A stretch of DNA of 64,000 bases, taken from Abditibacteriaceae bacterium (lineage in GTDB: Bacteria; Armatimonadota; Abditibacteriia; Abditibacteriales; Abditibacteriaceae). Numbering within the stretch: position 1 is the stretch's first letter; the number at the start of each line of letters is the position of its first letter. The position numbers were made by a program, and so were the translations under genes. Under the pieces are notes generated by a model. It saw only the letters and a program-made list of their open reading frames with translations, was not told the origin of the DNA and did no database searches. Positions 29,592-39,073 of this stretch are shown here, piece after piece. The stretch covers positions 256,001-320,000 of the forward strand of contig OZ255721.1 in assembly GCA_965277285.1 (NCBI GenBank), written 5' to 3'.

Positions 29592-30428
29592 ATGTCCCAG
29601 TCGCCAACGCCGTATAATGCGGCCTCGCAGGAAGGTTTGCCTCAAGCCGCCAGAGAACGATTGACCAAGATGCGCGGCGGTGGTGGCCAGCGCGGTTTGT
29701 TTACATCCGACTTGTCGGTCAACGAGTTTTTGCTGGTGCGCGAAGCCGGTTTCGATCCGGTCGGATTGGTGATGGGAAGCTCGATTTATCACATCGGTTT
29801 TCAGTTCTCGAAGACTTTTCAGAACCAGGAAATGGATGTTTTGACGCAGGCGATGTATGCCGCGCGCGAACTCGCTATGACGCGCATGGAAGAAGAAGCC
29901 GACGCTCTGGGCGCCGATGGCATCGTCGGCGTGCGCCTGACCGTGACGCGCTACGATTGGGGCGAACACTTAGCCGAATTTATGGCGATTGGTACCGCGA
30001 TCAAGCATCGTACGGGCGAGCAATATCGCGCGCCGGATGGACGACCTTTCACGTCCGATTTGAACGGTCAGGACTTCTGGACGCTGCTGCGTTCGGGTTA
30101 TCGTCCGGTTTCGCTGGTGATGGGAACTTGCGTTTATCACGTCGCGCATCAAGGTTTTATGCAGTCGATGAATCAAATGGGACGCAACGTCGAAATGCCG
30201 AACTTCACGCAAGCCTTGTATGATGCGCGCGAATTGGCCTTGTCGCGGATGCAGGCCGAAGCTGAAGCCGAACAAGCTGAAGGCATCGTCGGTGCGCAAG
30301 TCAATGAAAGCAGCTATGGTTGGGGCAGCCACGTCATCGAATACTTCGCGGTCGGCACAGCCATCACGTCGATTTCTGCAGACCACACAATCGCCGCGCC
30401 AACGCTGGTTTTGCCACTCAGTGGCTAA
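29592..30428 (+). CDS. Tandem YbjQ/UPF0145-like domain protein (paralogue of 28337-29302)
   Basis: FTSDLSVNEF, GLVMGSSIYH, ARELAMTRM, GADGIVGV repeated twice; AAGGAG at 29578. Confidence 0.88.
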   Translation: MSQSPTPYNAASQEGLPQAARERLTKMRGGGGQRGLFTSDLSVNEFLLVREAGFDPVGLVMGSSIYHIGFQFSKTFQNQEMDVLTQAMYAARELAMTRMEEEADALGADGIVGVRLTVTRYDWGEHLAEFMAIGTAIKHRTGEQYRAPDGRPFTSDLNGQDFWTLLRSGYRPVSLVMGTCVYHVAHQGFMQSMNQMGRNVEMPNFTQALYDARELALSRMQAEAEAEQAEGIVGAQVNESSYGWGSHVIEYFAVGTAITSISADHTIAAPTLVLPLSG

Positions 30429-30445
30429 TTCGAGTACTCGAATTG

Positions 30446-30492
30446 AGGCCGTGCTCATCCTAATTCAAGATGAGCACGGCCTTTTCGTTTTT
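30446..30492. terminator. Terminator hairpin between convergent genes
   Basis: AGGCCGTGCTCATC...GATGAGCACGGCCT then TTTCGTTTTT. Confidence 0.7.
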
Positions 30493-33328
30493 ATTTCACC
30501 AGTCGGGCGCGGCCCCAAGCGCCACGGTCGCCGGAATCGCGGTCGCCACCGTTCCACATGAATTGGCGCCGTCCCGCTGTAGTGTCGTTGAAGCCGATGT
30601 CAAACAAAATTTCCTGGTTTTCGCGCGGCGTGAAGCCCAATCCGGCAAAGGGAATGGCGGCTTCCATCGTGTAACCATCGCCCGAAACGTTGCGCACGGT
30701 CACCATCTTTACATCGAACTGCTTTGGCGCGTTGTTGAAAAACCAATGGTAACCATCGGCGCCTTTTTGTGCGGAAAGCAGCACTTGACGGTCGCCGAAT
30801 TGAAGTGCGCCACCCTGCGTGAGATTGCTCGGGCTGCAAAATAATTCAACGGAATCGCCCTGCCAGATGCCGCCGCCCGTGTTCGGGTTTTGCATCGGCG
30901 TCGGGTCTTTCACCTGGATGAAAAGATATAAATTAGCGTCGTCCCAGGCCAGGCGGAAATCGGCGCTCAAAGGTTTGCTGCCTTCGGGATTGACGCCCAG
31001 AACCAGGCGCGTGATACGTTCGGCGGGAATGCCGGGCCAATTGTCTTGGATGCCGTTGATGGTCATGCCGCCCAATGCGTGCGGCACCAAAACCACGCGG
31101 TTGCCGCCCGCATCGCCCGTGAAACGCGGATCGTCAAAGTGAAAGGGCGTTTTTTTGCCCAGCAGCACATCGTAAACGCCGAAGTTGGCGCGCGTCGCTT
31201 CAGCCAGAAAATCCTTATAAGGCCGGTCAGCGACGTTCACCAGACCGATGTTGCCTTTTTCACCGTTTTCGCCTTGAAACCAGCGACCTGTCAGCGGCTG
31301 ATCGAGATAGGAAAACCATTCTTGGCCGATCACGAAACCTAACGAGGCCGCCTGTTCGACGTAATTGCGATACGCCAGACCGCGTTCGCGCTGATCTTTG
31401 ACCTGGCGCGCGCCGCCCGATAAGCCTTGATCGGTCGCGCCATAATGCCACTCGGAAAGCAAAATCGGGCGACCGCCGCTCAGGTTGTAGATGCGCTTGA
31501 GGAAGTCGGTTTCCAGCCCATAGGTGTAATAATTGGCGGAAATCACATCGAGGTATTTGCCCGCAATGCGCACCACTTGATCGTCGTTTGCCGTACTCGA
31601 TAGCCAGCGATTGCCCAGCAGCAAATGGTTCGGGCAGTATTTGCGATACGATTGCGCGATCATTTTGTAATAGGCCTCAAGCAGAACGCCCTCGAACGTG
31701 TTCACATCGTCCGCGGCAGCTTTGGTGACAACGAACAAGCGCGCGCTATTGAGTTCGTCGAACGAGCGCGCCGGAGTTTGCGGCTGCCAGGCGGCGTTCC
31801 ACTTGGCTATGTCGCTGTATTTGGCGCGTAGCATCGAGACCAATTTGCGCTTGGCGCCAGATTTTTCATCCAGGCCGGGCACGACTTTGGGAATGTTCTC
31901 GAAGCCTTGTTCGTTGCCCAGAAAATGGCCGATGACGAGTGGATCGGCGTTGTCAGAAGCCAGTCGCGCGAAGTCGGCGTCCAGTTTTTGTGCGGCGCCG
32001 TCGGCAAACGGGTCGATGATGCCGCTCGAATCGGGAATCTGCTCCATGCCGTCAAAAGGCAAAAACCCGACGTGCGGAAAGCGCAGCGTTTTGTCCGCGT
32101 TCGGCCAGCCGGAAAAGGCGCCCGAGGAATTAAATCCCAATTGGCGTACTCGATTGATGGTTTGCGTCGCAAAACTTTCGCTGTTCCACGGCTGGCCAAA
32201 CTTGCGAATCCAGTTCGTCGCATAAAACGAAAACGACGAACCGCCATCAATGAAGGCCGAACTGAACTCGCCTCCATTGGGCGGTAGCCAATCGAACTTA
32301 TTGCTGCGCCCCGAAACCAAAGTGTAGGAATCGCCCGCGCCGCCCAGCGAACACAAACCCAGTTGAAAAAATAAGTTGCCGTCGGGATCGACCAGAACCG
32401 GTAAAACGCCGCGCTTGGCGTCTTTGATTTTGTCGATGTGGAAGAAGCCGGTTTTCTTTAATCCCAGCTTTTGGCCGCTGCCTGGCAAGCCGCCGTAAAC
32501 GTCGCGCGCGGGCGCTTGAAAGCTCGCGTAATAAGTTTTGTCTTTGCCAACATCGGCTTTCAGTTGATCTTCGCTCGTCACTTTGTCGGAAAAATCAACC
32601 AGTTTCGATTGGCCGAATTTGTCGACGATTTGCGATGGTAAAACCGGCGCCGGTGCGCCTCCAGCGACATCTTCCAACTGAAAGGTGAAATTCGTTTTGC
32701 TGGCGTCGCGCGCCATGTCGTAAAAATAAATCCACTCGAAGGTTTGATTGTTGTTCCAGAAGCGGTCGTCTTCCAATTGCTGCCAGTTGTGCGGCGCCGC
32801 AATCGCCAAAATCTGGCCCAGCCTGGTCGTCATTTCAAAACGAGCCGCCTCGCCGCGCCAAATCGAATCGCCATTTGGCCCCGCCTTCAAGTCGAGAGGA
32901 AACGGCGTTGCCTTGCCATCGAAAGTCGCTTCGCCGCCGTCGCGCAGGGAAAACGGCACAGCCGAACGAAACACGATGTTCTTGGCCGACGCCGAATGCT
33001 GCGCGTAATCAACCATGATCGCCTGATTCGCGTTATCCACATTGACGTTGATAATCGTGCCGTCGAAGAACTTGTAAGTGGCGGTTTGCGCGTCTTTGGC
33101 GGTGCGCGACACGAGCGGAACATCGGCGCCATCCGCATTTTTCAGCGTCGGCGCGCCCAGCGTAAAGGCGCCCAACGCACCGGCGCTGATTTGGACGCCG
33201 TTGTCCGCCAGCGAAAGCGTTGCTGGAGCTGCATTCGCGCGCAAAGTGAAGCCGCACAGCAGCGCCAGCAGCAAAGCGGAAAAAACTCGAGATGCGCAAC
33301 GAAACGGGGAAAAGAAGTTGGTAGTCAT
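30491..33328 (-). CDS. Secreted glycoside hydrolase (GH50/beta-agarase-like TIM barrel) with C-terminal CBM9-like domain
   Basis: Signal peptide; DKFGQ, RDVYGG, KTGFFH, LVDPDGNLFF, GHFLGNE, PILLSEWHYG, ENxNIGLV; AWDDANLYL, WQGDSVELF, YTMEAAIPF. Confidence 0.8.
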   Translation of the reverse strand: MTTNFFSPFRCASRVFSALLLALLCGFTLRANAAPATLSLADNGVQISAGALGAFTLGAPTLKNADGADVPLVSRTAKDAQTATYKFFDGTIINVNVDNANQAIMVDYAQHSASAKNIVFRSAVPFSLRDGGEATFDGKATPFPLDLKAGPNGDSIWRGEAARFEMTTRLGQILAIAAPHNWQQLEDDRFWNNNQTFEWIYFYDMARDASKTNFTFQLEDVAGGAPAPVLPSQIVDKFGQSKLVDFSDKVTSEDQLKADVGKDKTYYASFQAPARDVYGGLPGSGQKLGLKKTGFFHIDKIKDAKRGVLPVLVDPDGNLFFQLGLCSLGGAGDSYTLVSGRSNKFDWLPPNGGEFSSAFIDGGSSFSFYATNWIRKFGQPWNSESFATQTINRVRQLGFNSSGAFSGWPNADKTLRFPHVGFLPFDGMEQIPDSSGIIDPFADGAAQKLDADFARLASDNADPLVIGHFLGNEQGFENIPKVVPGLDEKSGAKRKLVSMLRAKYSDIAKWNAAWQPQTPARSFDELNSARLFVVTKAAADDVNTFEGVLLEAYYKMIAQSYRKYCPNHLLLGNRWLSSTANDDQVVRIAGKYLDVISANYYTYGLETDFLKRIYNLSGGRPILLSEWHYGATDQGLSGGARQVKDQRERGLAYRNYVEQAASLGFVIGQEWFSYLDQPLTGRWFQGENGEKGNIGLVNVADRPYKDFLAEATRANFGVYDVLLGKKTPFHFDDPRFTGDAGGNRVVLVPHALGGMTINGIQDNWPGIPAERITRLVLGVNPEGSKPLSADFRLAWDDANLYLFIQVKDPTPMQNPNTGGGIWQGDSVELFCSPSNLTQGGALQFGDRQVLLSAQKGADGYHWFFNNAPKQFDVKMVTVRNVSGDGYTMEAAIPFAGLGFTPRENQEILFDIGFNDTTAGRRQFMWNGGDRDSGDRGAWGRARLVK

Positions 33329-33390
33329 AGGTTGGGATTTTGTGGATTCACGACAAGTCGCCTCATTGATAAGCTACTGCATCAAACTCG

Positions 33391-33464
33391 CAGTTTGTCA
33401 TTCTGAGCAAAGCGAAGAATCTACCTGTAAGTAGATTCTTCGCTTTGCTCAGAATGACAAACTG
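33391..33464. repeat. REP-like palindrome, GTCATTCTGAG family
   Basis: CAGTTTGTCATTCTGAGCAAAGCGAAGAATCTAC-ctgtaa-perfect complement. Confidence 0.9.
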
Positions 33465-33574
33465 GTAACTTCGAGCTTCTCGTTGTACTTATGAGATGAC
33501 TGCTGTTCGAGTACTCGATGTCAGGATTTTGCGGCGTTCGATGTCACCGCAAAATTCTTGCGCCACGGCTTCAT

Positions 33575-35689
33575 TCACGAGCGCGCCTTCGGTTGCGACA
33601 ACGAAGCCGTGCCGATCTTGGTGACAGGTTTTGTTGTGGTCGGCAGGTTCACGGTTGCGGTTCCATTGCGGCGTGCTGTCGTGATAGGGTCAAAGAAGAT
33701 TCCGCTGAGAGCCGGATTTGTCCACGGACTTGTCACACTGACGCGGAAGATGATGTGTCCCTGAACGTTCCACACCAGATATTTGCCGTTGACATAAGTG
33801 TTCAGGTCTTGCGTGTCGAGAACTGCGCCCGTCGCCGCATCGAGTACTTGAATATCTTCGCTGCGCCCGTTCACGTCCCAATCCAGGCCGTACAAAGCGA
33901 CCTGATGCGTCGCGCCATCGGTCAGGTTGCAATCCAAGTCGTAGCTTTTGTCGTTGGTGCCCCATTGTCCCGTGATGCGATCTGCGTTGCCTCCGTCGGC
34001 CTTTTGCGGGGCGCGCACGTCCGAAGTCAGGCCGTTTCCGTTCCATATCACCTGCCAACCCGTGCGGTTGACCGTTCCATAAGCGGGCGGTTTGGTGGCG
34101 TCGCCCGCGATTATAAAGCCGTCCGCGCCGTAGACACCCTTCCAACTGCCCTGCGTTTTGGTGTCGGTTTTTATAAAAGCAGCGAAAGTACCGGCGGCCT
34201 TGCTGACGCTGATACTGGCGAGTTTGAAGCTGCCTTTATCCAAGACCCATTTCAAAGTATGCCCGCCGCTCGACAAAATCGCGGGCAACGTTGCCGAAAC
34301 GGTCACGAACCCGTTTTGAGTACTCGATTTGGACGCTGTCACGCTTCCCGTTAAATTAGCGCCTTTTTCGTCTTCGACATGGAAAGTCGCACCCGTCGGC
34401 GTGATGCCGCGAAAGCTGAAATTGTAGTGTCCCCCAGTTGGAATCTGAACGTTGTATTTGTACCACGCGCTGCCGCTAAGTGTTTTGCCTTGTCCGCCGA
34501 TGTTGTAATCGGTCGCTTTGATGGTGCCAGGCAGAATTTGCGGAGCGGTGCGAGCGGTTTCTCCGTCGCCGCTGATGTAAACGCGGCTGTAATTCCATTC
34601 GTAGTACTTGCCGGCGAACGCCGTAGCAGGCAGTTCTTTATTGACCGAACCGATTTGGTTGTGACCCCAACCGGCGTCGAAGAGGAAATCCATGTTGATC
34701 GGTTCATCGGTCGCCGTGTTGCCGTATGTCCAGAAGTAATTGGAGCCGCCTTGCACGCGGATGCCATCGATATACATCGCATAGGTGTTGTCTTTTTTAT
34801 AAACCCAAGTCCAGATGTGATACTTGGTGGCGTCATACGATTTGATGCCTTTGGCGGCCATGGTGCCGCCCCAATCCCAAAAGTTCCAATCGTCTTTGCT
34901 GGGGCTGGCGACCGCGTTGGAATGCCAAAAACGCCCATCGTAATTGGTGTTGTTGTTACCGTTATCGTAGCCGAAACTTTCCACCAGGTCTTGCTCAGCG
35001 CCCTGACCATTTTTGCCATCCCACTTCCATTTGTTGCCCGCCGTCCAGATGGCGAACCAGAAATAAGGCGGCGTGACGTAGCGCACGCGCGTTTCCCATA
35101 AGATGTCGCGTCCCAGCAAAGAACCGCCATTTGGCAAGCGCCACTTTGCCATGAACGAGCCGTTGCCCGCGTTGTGATTCCAAACCTGAACTTTGGTGAC
35201 CTTGTTGAGAGGAGTCAGAAACGTCAGCAACGAATCTGGCGTGAATTTGCGCACCGTGGGGCTGTTGACGCCTTCAAGCGGCTGGCCTCCTGTGGAATTA
35301 GCAAAGTCTGGCGCCACTGTGTTCGAGCCATATTTGCCGCCGTTGTTGATGGTGCCGAACTGGTCGTGATAGTAAAAGTTGGCGCTCATATCGGCGTAAT
35401 TGCGGATCGTGCCGCTCGTGCCGAAATGCCAGTTCTTCACCAAAACCATGCTCGGGCCACCCAATCCAAACGAAGGCGGCGGCCCGACTGCGGGATTGGT
35501 GACCGTTCCGCCGCCAATGGTTTCGGTTTGCGCCGGAGCCGCAGACACCGACAACAGCAGCAACGCGGCACAACACGGCAACGCTGTACTAAAAGCTTTG
35601 CCCAGCGCGGTTGGGGCGTGCTGCGACAACGACGAACATCGACTGGCGAAGCGAGTTTGTTCCGCTTCCTGCTTTGGTGTGAAAGACAT
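33575..35689 (-). CDS. Secreted GH16-like jelly-roll glycoside hydrolase with CBM6-like and further beta modules
   Basis: Signal-like segment; WFAIW and EQDLVE (ExDxxE) catalytic-type motif; YHIWTW; PGTIKATDYNIGGQG and WYKYNV CBM-like segments. Confidence 0.65.
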   Translation of the reverse strand: MSFTPKQEAEQTRFASRCSSLSQHAPTALGKAFSTALPCCAALLLLSVSAAPAQTETIGGGTVTNPAVGPPPSFGLGGPSMVLVKNWHFGTSGTIRNYADMSANFYYHDQFGTINNGGKYGSNTVAPDFANSTGGQPLEGVNSPTVRKFTPDSLLTFLTPLNKVTKVQVWNHNAGNGSFMAKWRLPNGGSLLGRDILWETRVRYVTPPYFWFAIWTAGNKWKWDGKNGQGAEQDLVESFGYDNGNNNTNYDGRFWHSNAVASPSKDDWNFWDWGGTMAAKGIKSYDATKYHIWTWVYKKDNTYAMYIDGIRVQGGSNYFWTYGNTATDEPINMDFLFDAGWGHNQIGSVNKELPATAFAGKYYEWNYSRVYISGDGETARTAPQILPGTIKATDYNIGGQGKTLSGSAWYKYNVQIPTGGHYNFSFRGITPTGATFHVEDEKGANLTGSVTASKSSTQNGFVTVSATLPAILSSGGHTLKWVLDKGSFKLASISVSKAAGTFAAFIKTDTKTQGSWKGVYGADGFIIAGDATKPPAYGTVNRTGWQVIWNGNGLTSDVRAPQKADGGNADRITGQWGTNDKSYDLDCNLTDGATHQVALYGLDWDVNGRSEDIQVLDAATGAVLDTQDLNTYVNGKYLVWNVQGHIIFRVSVTSPWTNPALSGIFFDPITTARRNGTATVNLPTTTKPVTKIGTASLSQPKARS

Positions 35690-35832
35690 TTTTTCCTTGA
35701 AAGTAATTCAACAAATCGCCGAACGAAAATATGCGTTCGGTTGGTGGCTGCGCAGCTTCACGAAAAAGGCGCGCTGAGTAATTACAAAAAACTTCTGAAA
35801 CGATGTGTGCAGAATCGAGTACTCGAATGGCA

Positions 35833-36090
35833 TTATGTGGCATCGTTCGACCAATGGTAACGGCGTGTTTCTCCTTCACTTCGCCACATGGCGGAACAGA
35901 ACGAACCTATTCAATCGAGAGGTTGCGCAGGCGAGTGGGGCAGCGCAGCGTGCGCAAAAGCTTCGTGCAGCGCTTGTTTTTGTTCGCCTCTCAGCGCGCC
36001 TGGCGTGGCGGAAACGAAAAGCGGCGTGCCGTTGCGCACCAACAAATCGAGTCACTGGCGATTGAGATTCCAGGGAATTTGATTCGTCAG
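35833..36090 (-). pseudogene. Truncated gene remnant with two in-frame TGA (possible alpha-galactosidase-like C-terminus)
   Basis: One frame reads LTNQIPWNLNRQ*LDLLVRNGTPLFVSATPGALRGEQKQALHEAFAHAALPHSPAQPLD*IGSFCSAMWRSEGETRRYHWSNDAT*; TGA at 36054-36052 and 35913-35911; no start or N-terminal part. Confidence 0.55.
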
Positions 36091-36107
36091 GATAGAACGT
36101 GTGCGAT

Positions 36108-36887
36108 TTAATTCCAACGGTTCTGGCTCAAATCTGCCGAGCCAGCGGCAGCACCAGGACTAACCACGTCGCAATTTGGGCTGTAGCCAAACTGCCAACA
36201 CACATCGCTGCTGACCGTTGATTGATCAAAGAAGCCGCCCCACATATTAAATGGCTGCGTGGTGGCGCTGGGCTTCATCGCTTTGACATGACCATCGGCA
36301 AACAGGAAGTTGGCCGTTCCCAAATGACCTTGAAATCCGTTATTGGCCATCAGATCCCATTCGGCAGGCCCCGTCCAATTGGGAAAGCCCGAACCGTAAT
36401 AATTATCGCCTGTATCCGACACCATTATTTTCTGGGAAGGCGACATCAAATAGGCCAGAGTGACGTTTCCCAAGATGGGGTAGAGCGCCAAAACGCGAGG
36501 ATTGGCGCCATAGGAAAAAGGGATTTGCACCGGATCTGTGCCGCCATCCTCGACAACGCCGTCCGCCGAGTTGGAAGGGCACTTAAAGATTTGCACGCTC
36601 TTGAGAAAGGGCTGAACCATCTGCTCCCAGTTGCGGCTGTCATTGCCCGCCAAGCCATTCCTGAAATGAGGGTACGTTTCGTCATACTCCTGCGTGTACT
36701 GCATGATCGCCAGCCCTATTTGCTTCAGGTTGGAACCGCAACTGGCACGGCGGGCGCTTTCGCGCGCTTTGGCGAAGGCCGGAAATAAAATCGCCGCCAG
36801 AATCGCTATGATGGCGATGACGACCAGCAACTCGATCAACGTGAAACCTTGACAACGCTTTGGAGAATGGCGGGGAAAAGTAAACAT
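36108..36887 (-). CDS. Prepilin-type N-terminal cleavage/methylation protein, DUF1559 with H-X9-DG motif
   Basis: [62 protein letters not shown]. Confidence 0.95.
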   Translation of the reverse strand: MFTFPRHSPKRCQGFTLIELLVVIAIIAILAAILFPAFAKARESARRASCGSNLKQIGLAIMQYTQEYDETYPHFRNGLAGNDSRNWEQMVQPFLKSVQIFKCPSNSADGVVEDGGTDPVQIPFSYGANPRVLALYPILGNVTLAYLMSPSQKIMVSDTGDNYYGSGFPNWTGPAEWDLMANNGFQGHLGTANFLFADGHVKAMKPSATTQPFNMWGGFFDQSTVSSDVCWQFGYSPNCDVVSPGAAAGSADLSQNRWN

Positions 36888-37096
36888 AAGAGGACTCCGT
36901 AACGAACAGAATGAAAACAGAAGAATGCTGTCCCATGTTATACGCCGCGCGTTTCGGAAAGAATTGTTGCTCCAGTCAGCTATCGAGTACTCGAATCGCT
37001 CTTACCAACGCTTTTTTGATGCAAGACATGAACTGACCACGATGGACAATTCGCTGTTGTCGATTGTTGAAACTTTCGGCATCTCCCCTTTTGAAA

Positions 37097-38170
37097 TCAG
37101 GTAGCGCGCGGCGTCACGACGGATTGGCGTTGCATAAAGCGCACGGGCACGACTTTGCAGCATTCATGCGCCGGTTTTCCTGTTTTCAATTCGACCCACG
37201 CTTGCACTGCCAAGCGTCCCACTTCTTCGTAGCCGAAACCGATGCTGCTCAAGCCGCGATGCGCTGCTTCGGCCATGTTATCGACGCCGACAATGGAAAA
37301 ATCTTCAGGGATTTTTAAACCTGCCGCCTCGACCATGTCCCACAATTGAAGCGCGATATGGTCGCCGCAAATAACGCCTGTAATATTCTGCCGCAAGAGA
37401 AACTCGACCATGTCGGGAAACAATTGCCAGTCCATTCCCAAAGCGCGCACAATATGGGCTTCGCTTTGGTCCCCACAAAACTCGGCGGCAAATTGGCGAA
37501 AATAACGCTCGCGCTCGATGTCGTCGAAGTGATCGTGAATTCCAGGCCGCTCAATCTCCGCAGCCACTTCCGCTTTCTGCGTCAGCGAAGGGTTCACCAA
37601 CAAAGCCAATCGCGTATGACCTTGCTCGGCCAAACAGTGAACCGCCAGGCGCATCACTTCCTCGTTATCGGGATCGACCCACGCCATGCCCGCGGGCACA
37701 TCGCGCCGGTAGCAAACCACAATCGGCACGGCTTGCTCGATCAGCAGTTCAAACATTTCCTGCCATTCGCCACAACGCGGGCTGAGAACGATGAAGCCAT
37801 CGCTGCGACGATCCAAAAAGCGCACGATCTGCCGATTCACCATCCAATCGGCTTCATCGCGCAACATAATCAACACGTCATAACCATGACGCCGCGATTC
37901 CTGGCACAAGCCTTCCAAAGTCAAACTATCGATCCGGTTATGAGGCACTTCCAAATCGTGCGGCACATAACCGATCGTGCTCGTCTCGACGTGACGATTT
38001 TGGAACGAAGAACGCGTCGGCACGTAATTCAACTCGCGCAACGAAGCCAAAACCCGCTCATAGGTTTCCGAATTCACCAAATGCTTGCGGCCTCGCACCA
38101 CGCGAGACACCGTCATCGCCGAAACATTCGCGTGCTTGGCCACTTGGGCAATCGAAACTCTGTTCTCCAT
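37097..38170 (-). CDS. LacI family transcriptional regulator
   Basis: SIAQVAKHANVSAMTVSRVV, LNYVP, KIPEDFSIVGVDN. Confidence 0.93.
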   Translation of the reverse strand: MENRVSIAQVAKHANVSAMTVSRVVRGRKHLVNSETYERVLASLRELNYVPTRSSFQNRHVETSTIGYVPHDLEVPHNRIDSLTLEGLCQESRRHGYDVLIMLRDEADWMVNRQIVRFLDRRSDGFIVLSPRCGEWQEMFELLIEQAVPIVVCYRRDVPAGMAWVDPDNEEVMRLAVHCLAEQGHTRLALLVNPSLTQKAEVAAEIERPGIHDHFDDIERERYFRQFAAEFCGDQSEAHIVRALGMDWQLFPDMVEFLLRQNITGVICGDHIALQLWDMVEAAGLKIPEDFSIVGVDNMAEAAHRGLSSIGFGYEEVGRLAVQAWVELKTGKPAHECCKVVPVRFMQRQSVVTPRAT

Positions 38171-38431
38171 GTTATTATAACTATACCCCGATCAAGGTTT
38201 TTTCAAACATTCAAACGCTTGGCCTGAATGAGAATTCGATTGAAGCCGTGTGGAAAAACGGGGTATCGAGTACTCGATTGTGGCGCGCTTTGTTTTGCGT
38301 TGGAAAACTGCGTTCAATGTGGCGGAAACGTTCGCCGATTAAACTTGTGCTGTGGCAAGGGAACGAATACGCGCGTTCGCTGTCTTTAACTGCGCAACGA
38401 CACCTTTCATCCCTTTCACAGAGGCGACACG

Positions 38432-39070
38432 ATGTGGCAAAAGTTTACCGAACGAGCGCGTCGTGTCATTTTATTGGCGCAGGAAGAAGCCGGCAAGATG
38501 GGCAGCGGCCACGTCGGGACTGAGCATTTACTGTTGGGTTTAGTCGGTGAAGAAACGTGTGTTGCTGCTTCGGTGTTACGTGCCAACGGCGTTTTTACGA
38601 GCGATGTCCGTGAAGAGATCAGCGAACGGGTTCCCAAACGTCGTATTCTTTCCGAGCCGAAACTGACGCCCAATGCGAAACGAGTACTCGAACTGGCCGC
38701 CAATGAAGCGCGGCTTATGCAGCACAACTACATCGGAACCGAGCATTTATTGTTGTCTTTGATACGAGAAGAAAAAGGCGAAGCGGCGAAAGTGTTGCAT
38801 AGTCTTGGCTTAAGTTTGGAAACGCTGCACCAAGAAGTCATGCAGTATTTGGGCGATCCAACAGAAACTTCTGAAGTCTCTGAATTGGAAAGCATCGGGA
38901 AATTGCAGATGGATCGCAAGGTTTTGAACGCTGCCAAAGATTGGGCGATTGATGAAGACAATTACGATTTAGCTTCGCTGTTGCGTGATGCCGTAGAAAT
39001 GATGGACGAGCGCATCAGAGTAGCGAGAATAAAGCAGGACAACCAAAACGCAAACTCCGAAGGAGATTGA
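38432..39070 (+). CDS. Mini-ClpC: Clp N-domain plus UVR/M-domain-like motif, no AAA+ modules
   Basis: First 38 aa are 37/38 identical to the downstream ClpC; two TEHLLL motifs; KDWAIDEDNYDLASLLRD resembles the ClpC M-domain [18 protein letters not shown]. Confidence 0.85.
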   Translation: MWQKFTERARRVILLAQEEAGKMGSGHVGTEHLLLGLVGEETCVAASVLRANGVFTSDVREEISERVPKRRILSEPKLTPNAKRVLELAANEARLMQHNYIGTEHLLLSLIREEKGEAAKVLHSLGLSLETLHQEVMQYLGDPTETSEVSELESIGKLQMDRKVLNAAKDWAIDEDNYDLASLLRDAVEMMDERIRVARIKQDNQNANSEGD

Positions 39071-39073
39071 GAT

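Noticed and set aside
35833..36090. UGA-to-Trp recoding
   Set aside because: Many intact genes here end in TGA (kdsD, thiC, sbcC, speD) and use TGG for Trp; the fragment also lacks a start.
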